A stretch of DNA of 64,000 bases from a phage, in the sequence record OZ346228.1. One strand, written 5' to 3'. Within the stretch, counting starts at the first letter, position 1. Every line of letters starts with the position of its first letter. This document shows positions 10,332-19,149 of this stretch, piece by piece. The notes under the pieces were generated by a model. That model worked only from the letters and a program-made list of their open reading frames with translations. It did no database searches and was not told where the DNA came from. Both the position numbers and the translations under genes were made by a program.

Positions 10332-10399
10332 GAGACTGTAATAGCTATGTTTTATGATCTTCCTGTAGCACCACCACCTGTTGAACCCGGAGAACTAAG

Positions 10400-10825
10400 A
10401 TGATCTATGAAATGCCAAAACTGATTCGTGACGATGCCCAAAACGCCCACACCTTTATCATGGGCAAGCGCATGGATATTATTTGTCATAAAGATTTCTG
10501 GGAAGGTAGTTACTTCACAGAATATTTTGGTAAACTGGATAATGGTCTGCTGATCCAGTTCTACACCGATGCGGAAAACAATATCTGCTGGGAGTTCGAA
10601 ACTGAAGATATCCATAAACTTTTCACCTTCCTAGGTATTAAGGTTGAGGCCAAGTTTGAAGAAGGCGAGTGCGACGATTGTGGATTCTACGAGGTAACAG
10701 ATTTCTATCTCCCAAGTGGTGAGAACCTTTACTATGAAAGCCACTTCGGCAACTCAAATATGCCACAAGGTTGGGATGAGTTTTTTGAAATTGCGGAAGA
10801 GGAGCTGACATACCGTGATTATTGA
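10400..10825 (+). CDS. hypothetical protein, coupled to macro-domain gene
   Basis: RBS CCGGAG; stop overlaps GTG start of next ORF. Confidence 0.55.
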   Translation: MIYEMPKLIRDDAQNAHTFIMGKRMDIICHKDFWEGSYFTEYFGKLDNGLLIQFYTDAENNICWEFETEDIHKLFTFLGIKVEAKFEEGECDDCGFYEVTDFYLPSGENLYYESHFGNSNMPQGWDEFFEIAEEELTYRDY

Positions 10826-11273
10826 TACTGTAGCGGGAGATTTAATCTCCCTTTTTAAGAGCGGTGCTGGTCACCTGATCCACGGTTGTAACTGCTTTCA
10901 TACAATGGGTGCAGGCATAGCGAAAGATATTGCCCGTGAGTTCCCTCAAGCACTGGCAGCCGACAAAGAGACTGCCTATGGTAATCTGGACAAGCTGGGT
11001 ATGTTTTCTTGTTGGGAGCATTTTGCCAAGAACAGGGTCGTATATGGAATCAACCTGTATACCCAGTTCTACCCAGGGCCCAATGCTGAATACTTCTCAA
11101 TAATGAAAGGTTTTGAGCGAGTCAACGAGGTATTCAAAGGTGTGTCATTGCCGTTCTACATTCCTAAAATTGGATGCGGTATTGGCGGTCTAAAGTGGGA
11201 ACATGTAGAAGATGTAATTAATCTTGCAACCACAGATATTGATGTGGTTGTAGTAGAGTACAAAAAGTGTTGA
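10815..11273 (+). CDS. macro-domain protein (ADP-ribose binding/hydrolase family)
   Basis: GDLISLF..HLIHGCNCFHTMGAGIAKDI parallels macro motifs GDIT..NAAN..GGGVDGAI; later IPKIGCGIGGL. Confidence 0.6.
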   Translation: MIIDTVAGDLISLFKSGAGHLIHGCNCFHTMGAGIAKDIAREFPQALAADKETAYGNLDKLGMFSCWEHFAKNRVVYGINLYTQFYPGPNAEYFSIMKGFERVNEVFKGVSLPFYIPKIGCGIGGLKWEHVEDVINLATTDIDVVVVEYKKC

Positions 11274-11524
11274 CGACCATCTTCTGAGGTGATATAGTTT
11301 CCACAACAACTAAGAGAGGAGAGCACTGTGGAGACTAAAATCTTAATTCTTGCTGTGGTAGATACAACCGAAGGAGCTATATTCGAATCTGCAGGGGGGT
11401 ATTTCTACCTACCATACGGAAAAAGAACTTCCGAGCCAAGTAAAGATTCAATCCTCAAGGTGTTCCCGTGTGCTTTCTGGCTGGAGATTTTGGTATAAGA
11501 TTGCAGAGGATTTGGGAGAGAATT

Positions 11525-11719
11525 ATGAGAAACAAGAAAGAGCTTTACTCTGGTGAGTGGATCAACGATCAACAGGTGGGAGAGGTAACCTGCTTCCGAT
11601 GTTTTACCAGGTACAATCTTAAAACTGCACCAAAAAGTGTTCCAAAGACTGACGGTTATTACATAAAAGAACCTCATTGCCCAAAATGTAAATGCCGATT
11701 ATACTGGAGTAACCTGTAA
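11525..11719 (+). CDS. small zinc-ribbon protein
   Basis: RBS GGAGAG; CFRC..(x24)..CPKCKC. Confidence 0.5.
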   Translation: MRNKKELYSGEWINDQQVGEVTCFRCFTRYNLKTAPKSVPKTDGYYIKEPHCPKCKCRLYWSNL

Positions 11720-11782
11720 AAGATTGACATCTGAAAACTGCAGTGTATAATATATGCATAAACTAACAGAGAGTGATGTATT

Positions 11783-11974
11783 ATGGTAATTTTTAACCGG
11801 GATGGTATCATAGTTAGACAGCACCCGTTCCTTGAATACTATCAAATTGAGCAATGGTGCTACGGGGATTGCAGTCACTCCTATGGGCAAAGTTGGGGAT
11901 ATCGTACAGTTTTTGAATCCACAGACCTTGACAAAGTAAAACAGAAAGTTTTAGAACTTCTTAACAACAAGTGA
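11783..11974 (+). CDS. hypothetical protein
   Basis: ORF with weak RBS. Confidence 0.4.
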   Translation: MVIFNRDGIIVRQHPFLEYYQIEQWCYGDCSHSYGQSWGYRTVFESTDLDKVKQKVLELLNNK

Positions 11975-11984
11975 GTATCGTGCC

Positions 11985-12317
11985 ATGGTAACATTGGAAA
12001 GACGTAAAGCTATTGCCGCCACACTGGCAGACATCTTTTGGGATTGTAATTTAAAATCTACCCGAAATTGTGGTGCATCTGTAGATGTATTATTCCCACG
12101 GCCTACTATTGTTGCAATGGGCAACCTGCTCGATGTGGTATATGGAGCATGGGACAAGGAAGGTGGATTCTATATCTGGCAACCTGACTACGGGACTTGG
12201 AAAGAGGTTAGTGGTTCTTCGGACTTCACTCCTGCAGTGGCTAAAATGGATGGCTGGAAAATCTATGTCGGTAACGACATGGAACTGAAAGGCGAAATTG
12301 TTTACTGGTTACCTTAA
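11985..12317 (+). CDS. hypothetical protein
   Basis: Co-oriented ORF, weak RBS. Confidence 0.45.
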   Translation: MVTLERRKAIAATLADIFWDCNLKSTRNCGASVDVLFPRPTIVAMGNLLDVVYGAWDKEGGFYIWQPDYGTWKEVSGSSDFTPAVAKMDGWKIYVGNDMELKGEIVYWLP

Positions 12318-12338
12318 GAAAGTCCAGGAGATAAAGTT

Positions 12339-12584
12339 ATGAACAAAGGGTGGACATTTGTAGACGGCGTTAAAAACATGCCTCTAGGAAAGTATATTGT
12401 AGCCATGGCAGATGAGAATGGCAAGGTTGATTTCGGAGTTTGCGAGGTTGTTCTTGCAGGATCTGGTGACTATGCTCACAAAACTGGGATAATTAACGGT
12501 CATTTCTACTTTGATTACAACCCTGTTGTGGCGTATATGGCTATGCCAGAGTTCGAGCTCCCAAAGGAAGGTGCAGATGTTTAA
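12339..12584 (+). CDS. hypothetical protein
   Basis: RBS CAGGAG. Confidence 0.5.
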   Translation: MNKGWTFVDGVKNMPLGKYIVAMADENGKVDFGVCEVVLAGSGDYAHKTGIINGHFYFDYNPVVAYMAMPEFELPKEGADV

Positions 12585-12774
12585 GCTTAAATCTGCATGG
12601 AACATCGCTGTGGGGGACGAGATCCGTATCCCAGGTGGAAAGACCATTATGAAAATATCTCGTATCGAGTACGAAGGTGATCGTGTATTTCATATCTTTG
12701 CAGAAGATGGTCGAGAGATTTATATACAGGCAGGATCTCACATCTATATTCGTAAGAAAGGGGAGGACAAATGA
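12577..12774 (+). CDS. hypothetical protein
   Basis: RBS AAGGAAG before internal ATG of track ORF 12511. Confidence 0.45.
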   Translation: MFKLKSAWNIAVGDEIRIPGGKTIMKISRIEYEGDRVFHIFAEDGREIYIQAGSHIYIRKKGEDK

Positions 12775-13100
12775 CAGAGATCATCATTTCAACTGCAGGG
12801 TATGTATTCCTGACAATCATTGCACTGGCTATTTTGGTGACAGTGTATGGGTTTGTTATCCTTCCTATCCTTGAGACATTTAGTTTGTGTCGGTGTTGGA
12901 GAAAAGCTTACGGTCCACAACCATGGAAGGACTGGCCCCACCTGGTGCGCTTAGCGTTCTCTTATGCTTACGATCACTCCAGTAGTGCATGCATAACCGG
13001 ATACCACGCCCACAACTGGAGCTGGGAAGGGTTGAGGAAATGGAATGTTACAAAGACCATACCTCTGCGCATGTACAAACCTAAAAACAAAGACAACTGA
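12771..13100 (+). CDS. hypothetical membrane protein
   Basis: RBS GGGGAGG; N-terminal hydrophobic helix, Cys/Trp-rich tail. Confidence 0.5.
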   Translation: MTEIIISTAGYVFLTIIALAILVTVYGFVILPILETFSLCRCWRKAYGPQPWKDWPHLVRLAFSYAYDHSSSACITGYHAHNWSWEGLRKWNVTKTIPLRMYKPKNKDN

Positions 13101-13104
13101 TACT

Positions 13105-13620
13105 TGAAAATTCCTGGCATATCAAGTATAAGGGGGATTTCTAAAATGGATTTCCTCCTTTTGATATTTCACCGGGCTGGATATTTTAAAATTCTTAGAA
13201 AATCAGAAAATGGATCGAAAACTAAAATGGATTTTTCAGAGTAGGCGCGACAAGCTGAATAACTCATCCTATCGTTTGCACCATATTCCAGGCCACCATT
13301 ATAGATTTCCCACACATGCTAACCTCTCCCTACTAGAACTTCCTCCACTTACCCTTGACCTTCTATGGTAACAATCTAACCGCTATCTTGAAGTTGCGGT
13401 GCAGCTTTCCAGGTACTCGATCTACTTTTCATTTCAGGGCTTGGATTTTCTGAAAATTTTTCTCGATAAATTTCTCAGTACTCGATCTGTTTTTCGTTTT
13501 CTGAATCGGATTTTCTGGAAATCGTTCCGGCTCTCAACCTGAAATTTTTGGGGACGAAATCGATTTTTCGTTTTCAGAAATGGATTTTTAAAATTTCTAT
13601 ATGGGAATATTTTAGTGGAT
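13105..13620. repeat. Non-coding repeat region (iteron-like direct repeats)
   Basis: No credible ORF; AAAATGGATTT x3, GTACTCGATCT x2 inside two ~55-nt direct repeats, GGATTTTCTGRAAA x2. Confidence 0.5.
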
Positions 13621-13704
13621 ACTGTTTTATAGGAAATTGTTACGGAGGGTAATTAGCATGCTAATTAAATTTATTAAATGCGAGGAGTTCTCATTTAGAA
13701 TTTT

Positions 13705-13870
13705 GAATGATAATCATTCTCGTTTGCAGAATAACGGGCAGGCCCGGTGATTGTCTCCCGGCCCCTGTTGCCCCGGCTTGTTATTATAGTATCACACAGG
13801 ACAAAGAAAGCAAGGACTTTTTGCATAAATTTTTAAATGATAATGATAACCGTTCTCATTTTATGCAGCG
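13705..13870. promoter_or_regulatory. Two Fur-box-like palindromes, each followed by a GC-rich tract
   Basis: GAATGATAATCATTCTC (13705-13721) matches about 15/19 of the E. coli Fur box GATAATGATAATCATTATC; second copy AATGATAATGATAACCGTTCTCATT at 13845-13870. Confidence 0.35.
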
Positions 13871-14283
13871 CCCATCCCCGGTGGTTGTCTCCCCCGTCAC
13901 CGGTGCCTGCCGTCCTTTCGATATGTATATTGTGCCACCTGGCGGGGCCGCTGTCAACACTTTTCAAAAAATTTTTCTAACCTGGTGCGCTAACCGTTGC
14001 AACCTGGCGGGGCCAGCCTGGCAGGACCTAACTGACCAGGTAGGGGAGAATGAAGGCTTGTAAACCTGGTGGGCCTATGCTACAGGATAGGTAACAATTG
14101 AAGAGGAGGTACAAAAATGATATGATCCCCCTGGAAAATGTAGCTATTAATGACTCTGAGGCTATCGCCCTGGTTGAAAAGGCTATGGCGGGAGCGTTGG
14201 AACATAAAGAAGAGTACGAAAATGGTGGTTAACCTGGCGGGGGCGGCAGGTGGATTCTATCATAAAAATAATTTAAAATAGTA

Positions 14284-14313
14284 GTTGACAACAAGGTTAA
14301 TCATGGTATTATT
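14284..14313 (+). promoter_or_regulatory. sigma70-like promoter
   Basis: TTGACA -35, about 17-nt spacer, ATTATT -10. Confidence 0.45.
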
Positions 14314-14362
14314 ACCCTACAAGGTGAACAACACCGCACTAACCAGTAAAGAGGATAAATTT

Positions 14363-14560
14363 ATGAACGCATACGGGATCAAAGTACGTCGCAACACTCG
14401 CCAGGTGGTCACCAATCAAGTGATTTGCCGGGTGGATGTAACCATCAACAACGGGCAAGGCCTTTATAAATTTCGTCGCGGTCATAGCTATACCCTGCAA
14501 CAGCTTAATCGTTGCGCCCTGACAAAAGGTCAGATCAACCACTGGTTTAATAAAAAATAA
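14363..14560 (+). CDS. hypothetical protein
   Basis: RBS AAGAGG; downstream of promoter. Confidence 0.55.
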   Translation: MNAYGIKVRRNTRQVVTNQVICRVDVTINNGQGLYKFRRGHSYTLQQLNRCALTKGQINHWFNKK

Positions 14561-14564
14561 GTAT

Positions 14565-14593
14565 TGACATACAGTCAGACACCAAATACACTA
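14565..14593 (+). promoter_or_regulatory. sigma70-like promoter (weaker -10)
   Basis: TTGACA followed at 17 nt by TACACT. Confidence 0.4.
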
Positions 14594-14624
14594 AAAGCAC
14601 AAAAGACACTAAGAGGATAAAATC

Positions 14625-14810
14625 ATGAAAACCACTACCTTTAATTTTGATAATGCAGACTTTTCTTTTTCTGATGTCAAGAACTGCCGCCGTGATCGTG
14701 GATTTTACAAGGCTTATAATCTGGTGGGCCTGGACGATGACAATAATTTGCACGAAGTAGCTGAGATCCAGCTTGACAGATTGGACGGGAAAGTACTAAA
14801 AACTTATTGA
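14625..14810 (+). CDS. hypothetical protein
   Basis: RBS AAGAGG. Confidence 0.55.
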   Translation: MKTTTFNFDNADFSFSDVKNCRRDRGFYKAYNLVGLDDDNNLHEVAEIQLDRLDGKVLKTY

Positions 14811-14811
14811 G

Positions 14812-14858
14812 TTTATTTTTAGATGGCCTTGACACCAGGGCCATCAATAAAGTAAACT
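14812..14858 (+). repeat. Conserved post-stop intergenic element, copy 1
   Basis: TTATTTTTAGATGGCCTTGACACCAGGGCCATCAATAAAGTAAAC; 7-bp stem GATGGCC/GGCCATC around TTGACA. Confidence 0.6.
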
Positions 14859-14890
14859 AACCACAGTTGAGCGGAAAAGGAGGCTTAAAG

Positions 14891-15010
14891 ATGAGCACTA
14901 CACGCCAGCACACAAAGGTAACCATCATCGTTTGCATCATTGGGTACATCCTGGCGCAAATGTTGATGGGTAGCGCCAACGGTGTCGCAAAATTTTTCTT
15001 AAACTTTTAA
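14891..15010 (+). CDS. small hydrophobic peptide (39 aa)
   Basis: RBS AAAGGAGG; predicted TM helix VTIIVCIIGYILAQMLMG; below the ORF-track cutoff. Confidence 0.4.
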   Translation: MSTTRQHTKVTIIVCIIGYILAQMLMGSANGVAKFFLNF

Positions 15011-15038
15011 TTGACAAGCTAACTTAAATCGATATAAT
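15011..15038 (+). promoter_or_regulatory. sigma70 consensus promoter
   Basis: TTGACA, 16-nt spacer, TATAAT. Confidence 0.65.
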
Positions 15039-15089
15039 AAGCACATAAACGGGAAAACTTCCCAGAACACACAAAAGGAGAAAAACACC

Positions 15090-15431
15090 ATGACTACTAT
15101 GACCGCCTCAGAAAAAGCTATGCAGATCGCTGAACTGAAAAAACAGATCGCAGACCTTGAGAATAAGATCGATAACTTTGAAATCGACGAGGACAAGTAC
15201 GACGAAAACTATGATGAATGGTTAGACGAGATCTACGGCGAAATTATGATCGGAAACATTTCTTTTCTTCCGTCGCGTATCCTCAAGGAGCTAGATCCTA
15301 TCGCTTACCGCTGCGGATTTAGCGACTACATCGACAGCCTGGATATTGAGGACGATGAAGAATACCAGGAATTACAGACAGAGTTAGAAGAAGCAAAAGA
15401 AGAGCTTGCGGAGCTGGAAGAAAACGAGTAA
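15090..15431 (+). CDS. highly acidic protein (candidate DNA mimic)
   Basis: RBS AAAGGAG; about 36 of 113 residues D/E; first gene behind the consensus promoter. Confidence 0.65.
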   Translation: MTTMTASEKAMQIAELKKQIADLENKIDNFEIDEDKYDENYDEWLDEIYGEIMIGNISFLPSRILKELDPIAYRCGFSDYIDSLDIEDDEEYQELQTELEEAKEELAELEENE

Positions 15432-15432
15432 G

Positions 15433-15479
15433 CTTATTTTTAGATGGCCTTGACACCAGGGCCATCAATAAAGTAAACT
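15433..15479 (+). repeat. Conserved post-stop intergenic element, copy 2
   Basis: Near-identical to 14812-14858. Confidence 0.6.
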
Positions 15480-15520
15480 TTATACTGTTAACACTGAACT
15501 AATGCATAGGAGTTAAAACC

Positions 15521-15766
15521 ATGGCAGCACTAATCACCAAATATTATGCCCCTACCAACACCAAAAGCGCCCGTATCATGGTAAAAGGCTTCGGACGTAA
15601 AAAGGTGTACACCTGGGATTATGCCTTAGACACGGAAGACAACTACACCAACGCAATGACCGATTTTATTAATGAACTAAATAAGCAGATCTTGACAAGT
15701 TATAAAGTGACCGATATTGCTTATATAGGTGAAGGCGGGATCTGTTTTGTAGGCATTGTGAAATAG
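15521..15766 (+). CDS. hypothetical protein
   Basis: RBS/start ATAGGAGTTAAAACCATGGC, identical 20-mer to that of ORF 19764. Confidence 0.55.
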   Translation: MAALITKYYAPTNTKSARIMVKGFGRKKVYTWDYALDTEDNYTNAMTDFINELNKQILTSYKVTDIAYIGEGGICFVGIVK

Positions 15767-15767
15767 T

Positions 15768-15812
15768 TATTTTTTCGGTGGTCCTGGTTGCAGGGCCATC
15801 TATAAAGATAAT
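15768..15812 (+). repeat. Diverged copy of the post-stop intergenic element
   Basis: TTATTTTTTCGGTGGTCCTGGTTGCAGGGCCATCTATAAAGATAA. Confidence 0.3.
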
Positions 15813-15840
15813 TTATTAACACCATGAAAGGAGAAAGTAC

Positions 15841-16194
15841 ATGATCAGCGGGGCAAGTTTTATTATTGGCGCTATTGCTACGGCTTTAATTGTAAATAAG
15901 ATCCAGGATAAAAAGGAAAGAGGAAGTACCGCCCTTGCAGAATATCCATTTTGGGCATTCAACGATAACGAAGATTATATTATAAAGTATAAAAATAAAG
16001 AAGGTGACCAAGTAACACCGCGACCGATCCCGGCTTACAAAATGCAGGAAACACTATACCGCCTGGAGGCGGGTGGCGCAAAAATTGTAGACTTTTGGGG
16101 ATACGACCACACAGATCAGGAAGTTATAAAGCGCCGTATCCGGGCTATTCAGGCCAATATTGAAGTTAGCAAGGGGGGAATATATGAAAATTAA
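15841..16194 (+). CDS. hypothetical protein with N-terminal TM helix
   Basis: RBS AAAGGAG; hydrophobic N-terminus. Confidence 0.55.
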   Translation: MISGASFIIGAIATALIVNKIQDKKERGSTALAEYPFWAFNDNEDYIIKYKNKEGDQVTPRPIPAYKMQETLYRLEAGGAKIVDFWGYDHTDQEVIKRRIRAIQANIEVSKGGIYEN

Positions 16195-16381
16195 TTTCGA
16201 GAAAATTGTAAAGCGCCCTCATGATTCCGAAGAGCTGCCAGAACGCCGCCAGCGTAACAATAAACTGAATAAGCCAAAAAGGTTTGGGAAGATCTGGCGT
16301 AATCATTATGATCGTAAATTGCCCGGCCTACTTTTGGAACGTGAACGACAGGCAGAACGATACCGCCATAAAGACAAATAA
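16184..16381 (+). CDS. small basic protein
   Basis: RBS AAGGGGGG; R/K-rich; overlaps upstream ORF by 11 nt. Confidence 0.45.
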   Translation: MKINFEKIVKRPHDSEELPERRQRNNKLNKPKRFGKIWRNHYDRKLPGLLLERERQAERYRHKDK

Positions 16382-16390
16382 CAACCAACG

Positions 16391-16418
16391 CCCCGCCATT
16401 GTGCGGGGCTTTTTATTT
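16391..16418 (+). terminator. rho-independent terminator
   Basis: CCCCGC-CATTGT-GCGGGG then TTTTTATTT. Confidence 0.55.
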
Positions 16419-16538
16419 CTATCCTACGAATAGCGCCCCTGGTTGGCCCTGTAAGCGCCAAAAAGGCCCCCACCTATGCAATCGCCCCTTTAACCTGAAA
16501 ACATCGCCCAGGGCCGTTTCATGGCGTTAAAAATATCA

Positions 16539-16566
16539 TTGACATCGTCAACAGGTTAGCTATACT
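16539..16566 (+). promoter_or_regulatory. sigma70-like promoter
   Basis: TTGACA, 16-nt spacer, TATACT. Confidence 0.6.
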
Positions 16567-16598
16567 AACCACATCAAAGAGAGAAAGGAGTAAACGCC

Positions 16599-16859
16599 AT
16601 GCGTAAATTAAAAAATTTTGATAAAGTTGATGTTATCCTGAATAATTTTTACTACTGCAACAACAAGGCTATTTGGTGGCGTGATAGTTCCACCGATAAA
16701 GTCAGGGCGCGCTTTCTTCAGGGGCACTGGCAAGGCCGCCCAGTGATTAAAATCATGGGGCAATCGGTAGCGTTTAAAAATTGCCGCCGTGTTGATGACG
16801 TTGAGGAGATTTTAAACATTTTGCGCCACAATAATTTAAAAAATAGTGTTGACAAGTAA
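16599..16859 (+). CDS. hypothetical protein
   Basis: RBS AAAGGAG. Confidence 0.55.
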   Translation: MRKLKNFDKVDVILNNFYYCNNKAIWWRDSSTDKVRARFLQGHWQGRPVIKIMGQSVAFKNCRRVDDVEEILNILRHNNLKNSVDK

Positions 16860-16876
16860 GCCTCAATAAGTATACT
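16849..16876 (+). promoter_or_regulatory. sigma70-like promoter
   Basis: TTGACA, 16-nt spacer, TATACT; overlaps 3' end of upstream ORF. Confidence 0.6.
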
Positions 16877-16933
16877 TAAACACACAGGCGGGAAAACTTC
16901 CCGCCACTAACAAAGAAAATAGGAGAAAATATC

Positions 16934-17557
16934 ATGACCACCGTTAACATTACCGCAGGTTACAATTTATCTTTCGACGTGCTGACCGACGAACAAAAAG
17001 AAAAAGCCGTTGAAATGGTCCGCGAAAGAGAAGAACACAGCGGGGATAACTTTTTTGCAGAAAGTGTAATTGAATACTATAAAGAATATGTTTTTCCAGA
17101 GTATGGCCTTGAAGATACCGAAGTACATTGGTCAGGCTTTTGGTGCCAGGGTGACGGCGCGTCAATCAGTGCTGAAAACGTGGATTTAGAAAAATTTTTA
17201 CGTAAAGTAAAGGCCCTGACCAAGTTCCGATCAATTCGTCACTTGTTCGGCACAATGCACGATGGCGAGTTATCAGCCAGTGTTGAACGCGACAAGTACA
17301 GCCATTACAGCCATGAAAACACTGTAAGCGGGTACATTGATACCACTTGGCTAGATCTGACCGCCAAACAAGAAAACAAAGTGGAAGACCTGGAAGAACT
17401 GATCACCGAGACGGTACGGGAGCTATCCCGCAAGGTTTACGTAGACCTGGAGGAGGCCTATCTAGAACAGTTCACCGCAGAAAACCTGATCGGCCTTATC
17501 GAGGCCAATGATTGGCGGTTTGATGTCGATGAATATGGTGAGATGACTTTTTCATAA
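16934..17557 (+). CDS. hypothetical protein
   Basis: RBS ATAGGAG; 207 aa. Confidence 0.6.
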   Translation: MTTVNITAGYNLSFDVLTDEQKEKAVEMVREREEHSGDNFFAESVIEYYKEYVFPEYGLEDTEVHWSGFWCQGDGASISAENVDLEKFLRKVKALTKFRSIRHLFGTMHDGELSASVERDKYSHYSHENTVSGYIDTTWLDLTAKQENKVEDLEELITETVRELSRKVYVDLEEAYLEQFTAENLIGLIEANDWRFDVDEYGEMTFS

Positions 17558-17565
17558 ATAAAGTG

Positions 17566-17593
17566 TTGCAATAACCTAAAAACCTGCTATATT
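17566..17593 (+). promoter_or_regulatory. sigma70-like promoter
   Basis: TTGCAA, 16-nt spacer, TATATT. Confidence 0.45.
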
Positions 17594-17647
17594 AAAACTC
17601 AAGGGGGCAAGACGTTTGCCCCAACACAAAACAAAGAGGATAACATC

Positions 17648-18028
17648 ATGAAAAACACTACCAAGGCTATTGACACCGTTATGTTTAACCTGGTTACATT
17701 CCGTGAAGATATGAAAGATCTTCCTCGTGAAACAGTGTGCGACCATATCGAAAACTATCGCAAACTAATCAAAGAGTTGCCTTTAAAACGTGATCAATAT
17801 GCGGCTAACGCCATGCTTAATGCCATGATCAAAAAGATGATCCAGTGTGATTTAACCCTGGCCTATGATTATGCAGGCGGTCGTTTTGCAGTATACAATC
17901 AGCCCGTGCCCGGTATGAGCACCACCGAAGAATTGCACGCGCTCAATCTAAAACAAGACGTGTGGGATAGTATGCCTCGCGTGGTGGTATGGGTAGAAAG
18001 CGGAAAGATTTACGGCGATAATTTTTAA
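17648..18028 (+). CDS. hypothetical protein
   Basis: RBS AAAGAGG. Confidence 0.55.
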   Translation: MKNTTKAIDTVMFNLVTFREDMKDLPRETVCDHIENYRKLIKELPLKRDQYAANAMLNAMIKKMIQCDLTLAYDYAGGRFAVYNQPVPGMSTTEELHALNLKQDVWDSMPRVVVWVESGKIYGDNF

Positions 18029-18036
18029 TCAGGTAG

Positions 18037-18064
18037 CAGGCGGCATATTTGCCGCCTTATTGTT
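18037..18064 (+). terminator. putative terminator hairpin
   Basis: GGCGGC-ATATTT-GCCGCC then TTATTGTT. Confidence 0.5.
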
Positions 18065-18092
18065 AATCAGAACTGTAAAAGAGGTACATAGA

Positions 18093-18464
18093 ATGGAATT
18101 TATTATTTTGGCTGTATTGGTTGCCTTGTTTAACGCCTGGATCGCTGGCAAGATGGGAAGATCCGCCTTTTTATGGTTTATTATATCTATTTTCCTGGGG
18201 GTGGTTGCAACTATTGTATTGGTTATCCTTGCAATTGTTGACAAGGGGAATAATAGAAAGGGTAAAGTATTTTCAGACCTGTACGACGCTCAAACGTTTG
18301 TCAACGCCTATTATAGTGATCTTCCAGTCTCCCTACGTTGCAGCCTTGCACAACAGGTTTTCGATGAAGCTAAAACCAGAGATCACGCCCATGAGATTTG
18401 TTTAACTGAGGCGGATCGCCTATTTGAGAGGAATAGAAAATATGTGGACCAGCCGTTTAAATAA
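18093..18464 (+). CDS. hypothetical membrane protein
   Basis: RBS AAGAGG; two predicted TM helices. Confidence 0.55.
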   Translation: MEFIILAVLVALFNAWIAGKMGRSAFLWFIISIFLGVVATIVLVILAIVDKGNNRKGKVFSDLYDAQTFVNAYYSDLPVSLRCSLAQQVFDEAKTRDHAHEICLTEADRLFERNRKYVDQPFK

Positions 18465-18648
18465 TGCCACGTTAATTAACCCCTTTAGTAAAGATTTGAA
18501 GCCAGCCGCCTGGCGGGATGGATTCAATAACGAACGCTTTATTTTCAGGCCTGATCTTGAGGAATTTTATAACAATGGATCGAACAACAGCGGAGATAAT
18601 TTTTCTTGTGGTGTGTGTCGTGATAGGACTCCTGGGGGGCCATTGTAG
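18442..18648 (+). CDS. hypothetical protein (uncertain)
   Basis: RBS GAGAGG; overlaps neighbours; alternative small TM ORF 18575-18700 in another frame. Confidence 0.3.
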   Translation: MWTSRLNNATLINPFSKDLKPAAWRDGFNNERFIFRPDLEEFYNNGSNNSGDNFSCGVCRDRTPGGPL

Positions 18649-18807
18649 ATCGCGTCACTACTACCAGAAGGAAAGGGGAGACGATGACAACCAAGGATAA
18701 GCCCCGCACCGATAAGGTGCGCCGTGTTATGGTATGGCTTGAGATCATCGCCCTTGAAATATTGTTAGGCGTAGGGATGTATTTTATCTCTGTAAGTAAC
18801 TGATAAC

Positions 18808-18840
18808 GGCCCCCGATCCCTGGGGGGCCTAACTTTTTTC
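18808..18840 (+). terminator. rho-independent terminator
   Basis: GGCCCCCGATCCCTGGGGGGCC then TAACTTTTTT. Confidence 0.5.
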
Positions 18841-18946
18841 AAAAAATTTTTCTTCCGGGGTGTTGCAATCCGGTCCTGAATATGGATAATAACAATCAAC
18901 GGGGAAACATCCCCACCAACACAAAAACCAGAAAGGAGAAACAAAA

Positions 18947-19147
18947 ATGAGCAACAATATCCGCGTTATTAACTTCAAAAAAGAAGAAAAAATTGCCGTG
19001 CTGATTGACGGTCAAGAAATCTTCAAGGGCGACTATGAAGATCATCAAACGGCGATTAGTATCACTCGCGTGATTGGTTACCATAATTTTTACCCCCAAG
19101 GCGCTGAGGCGGCGGTTAAACGAATCAAAGAGATTGTAGGCCTGTAA
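18947..19147 (+). CDS. hypothetical protein
   Basis: RBS AAAGGAG. Confidence 0.55.
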   Translation: MSNNIRVINFKKEEKIAVLIDGQEIFKGDYEDHQTAISITRVIGYHNFYPQGAEAAVKRIKEIVGL

Positions 19148-19149
19148 AA

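Noticed and set aside
13707-14063. 118-aa + strand ORF from the track
   Set aside because: No RBS, and it reads straight through the Fur-box-like palindromes and GC-rich repeat tracts, so it is more likely a chance frame in non-coding DNA
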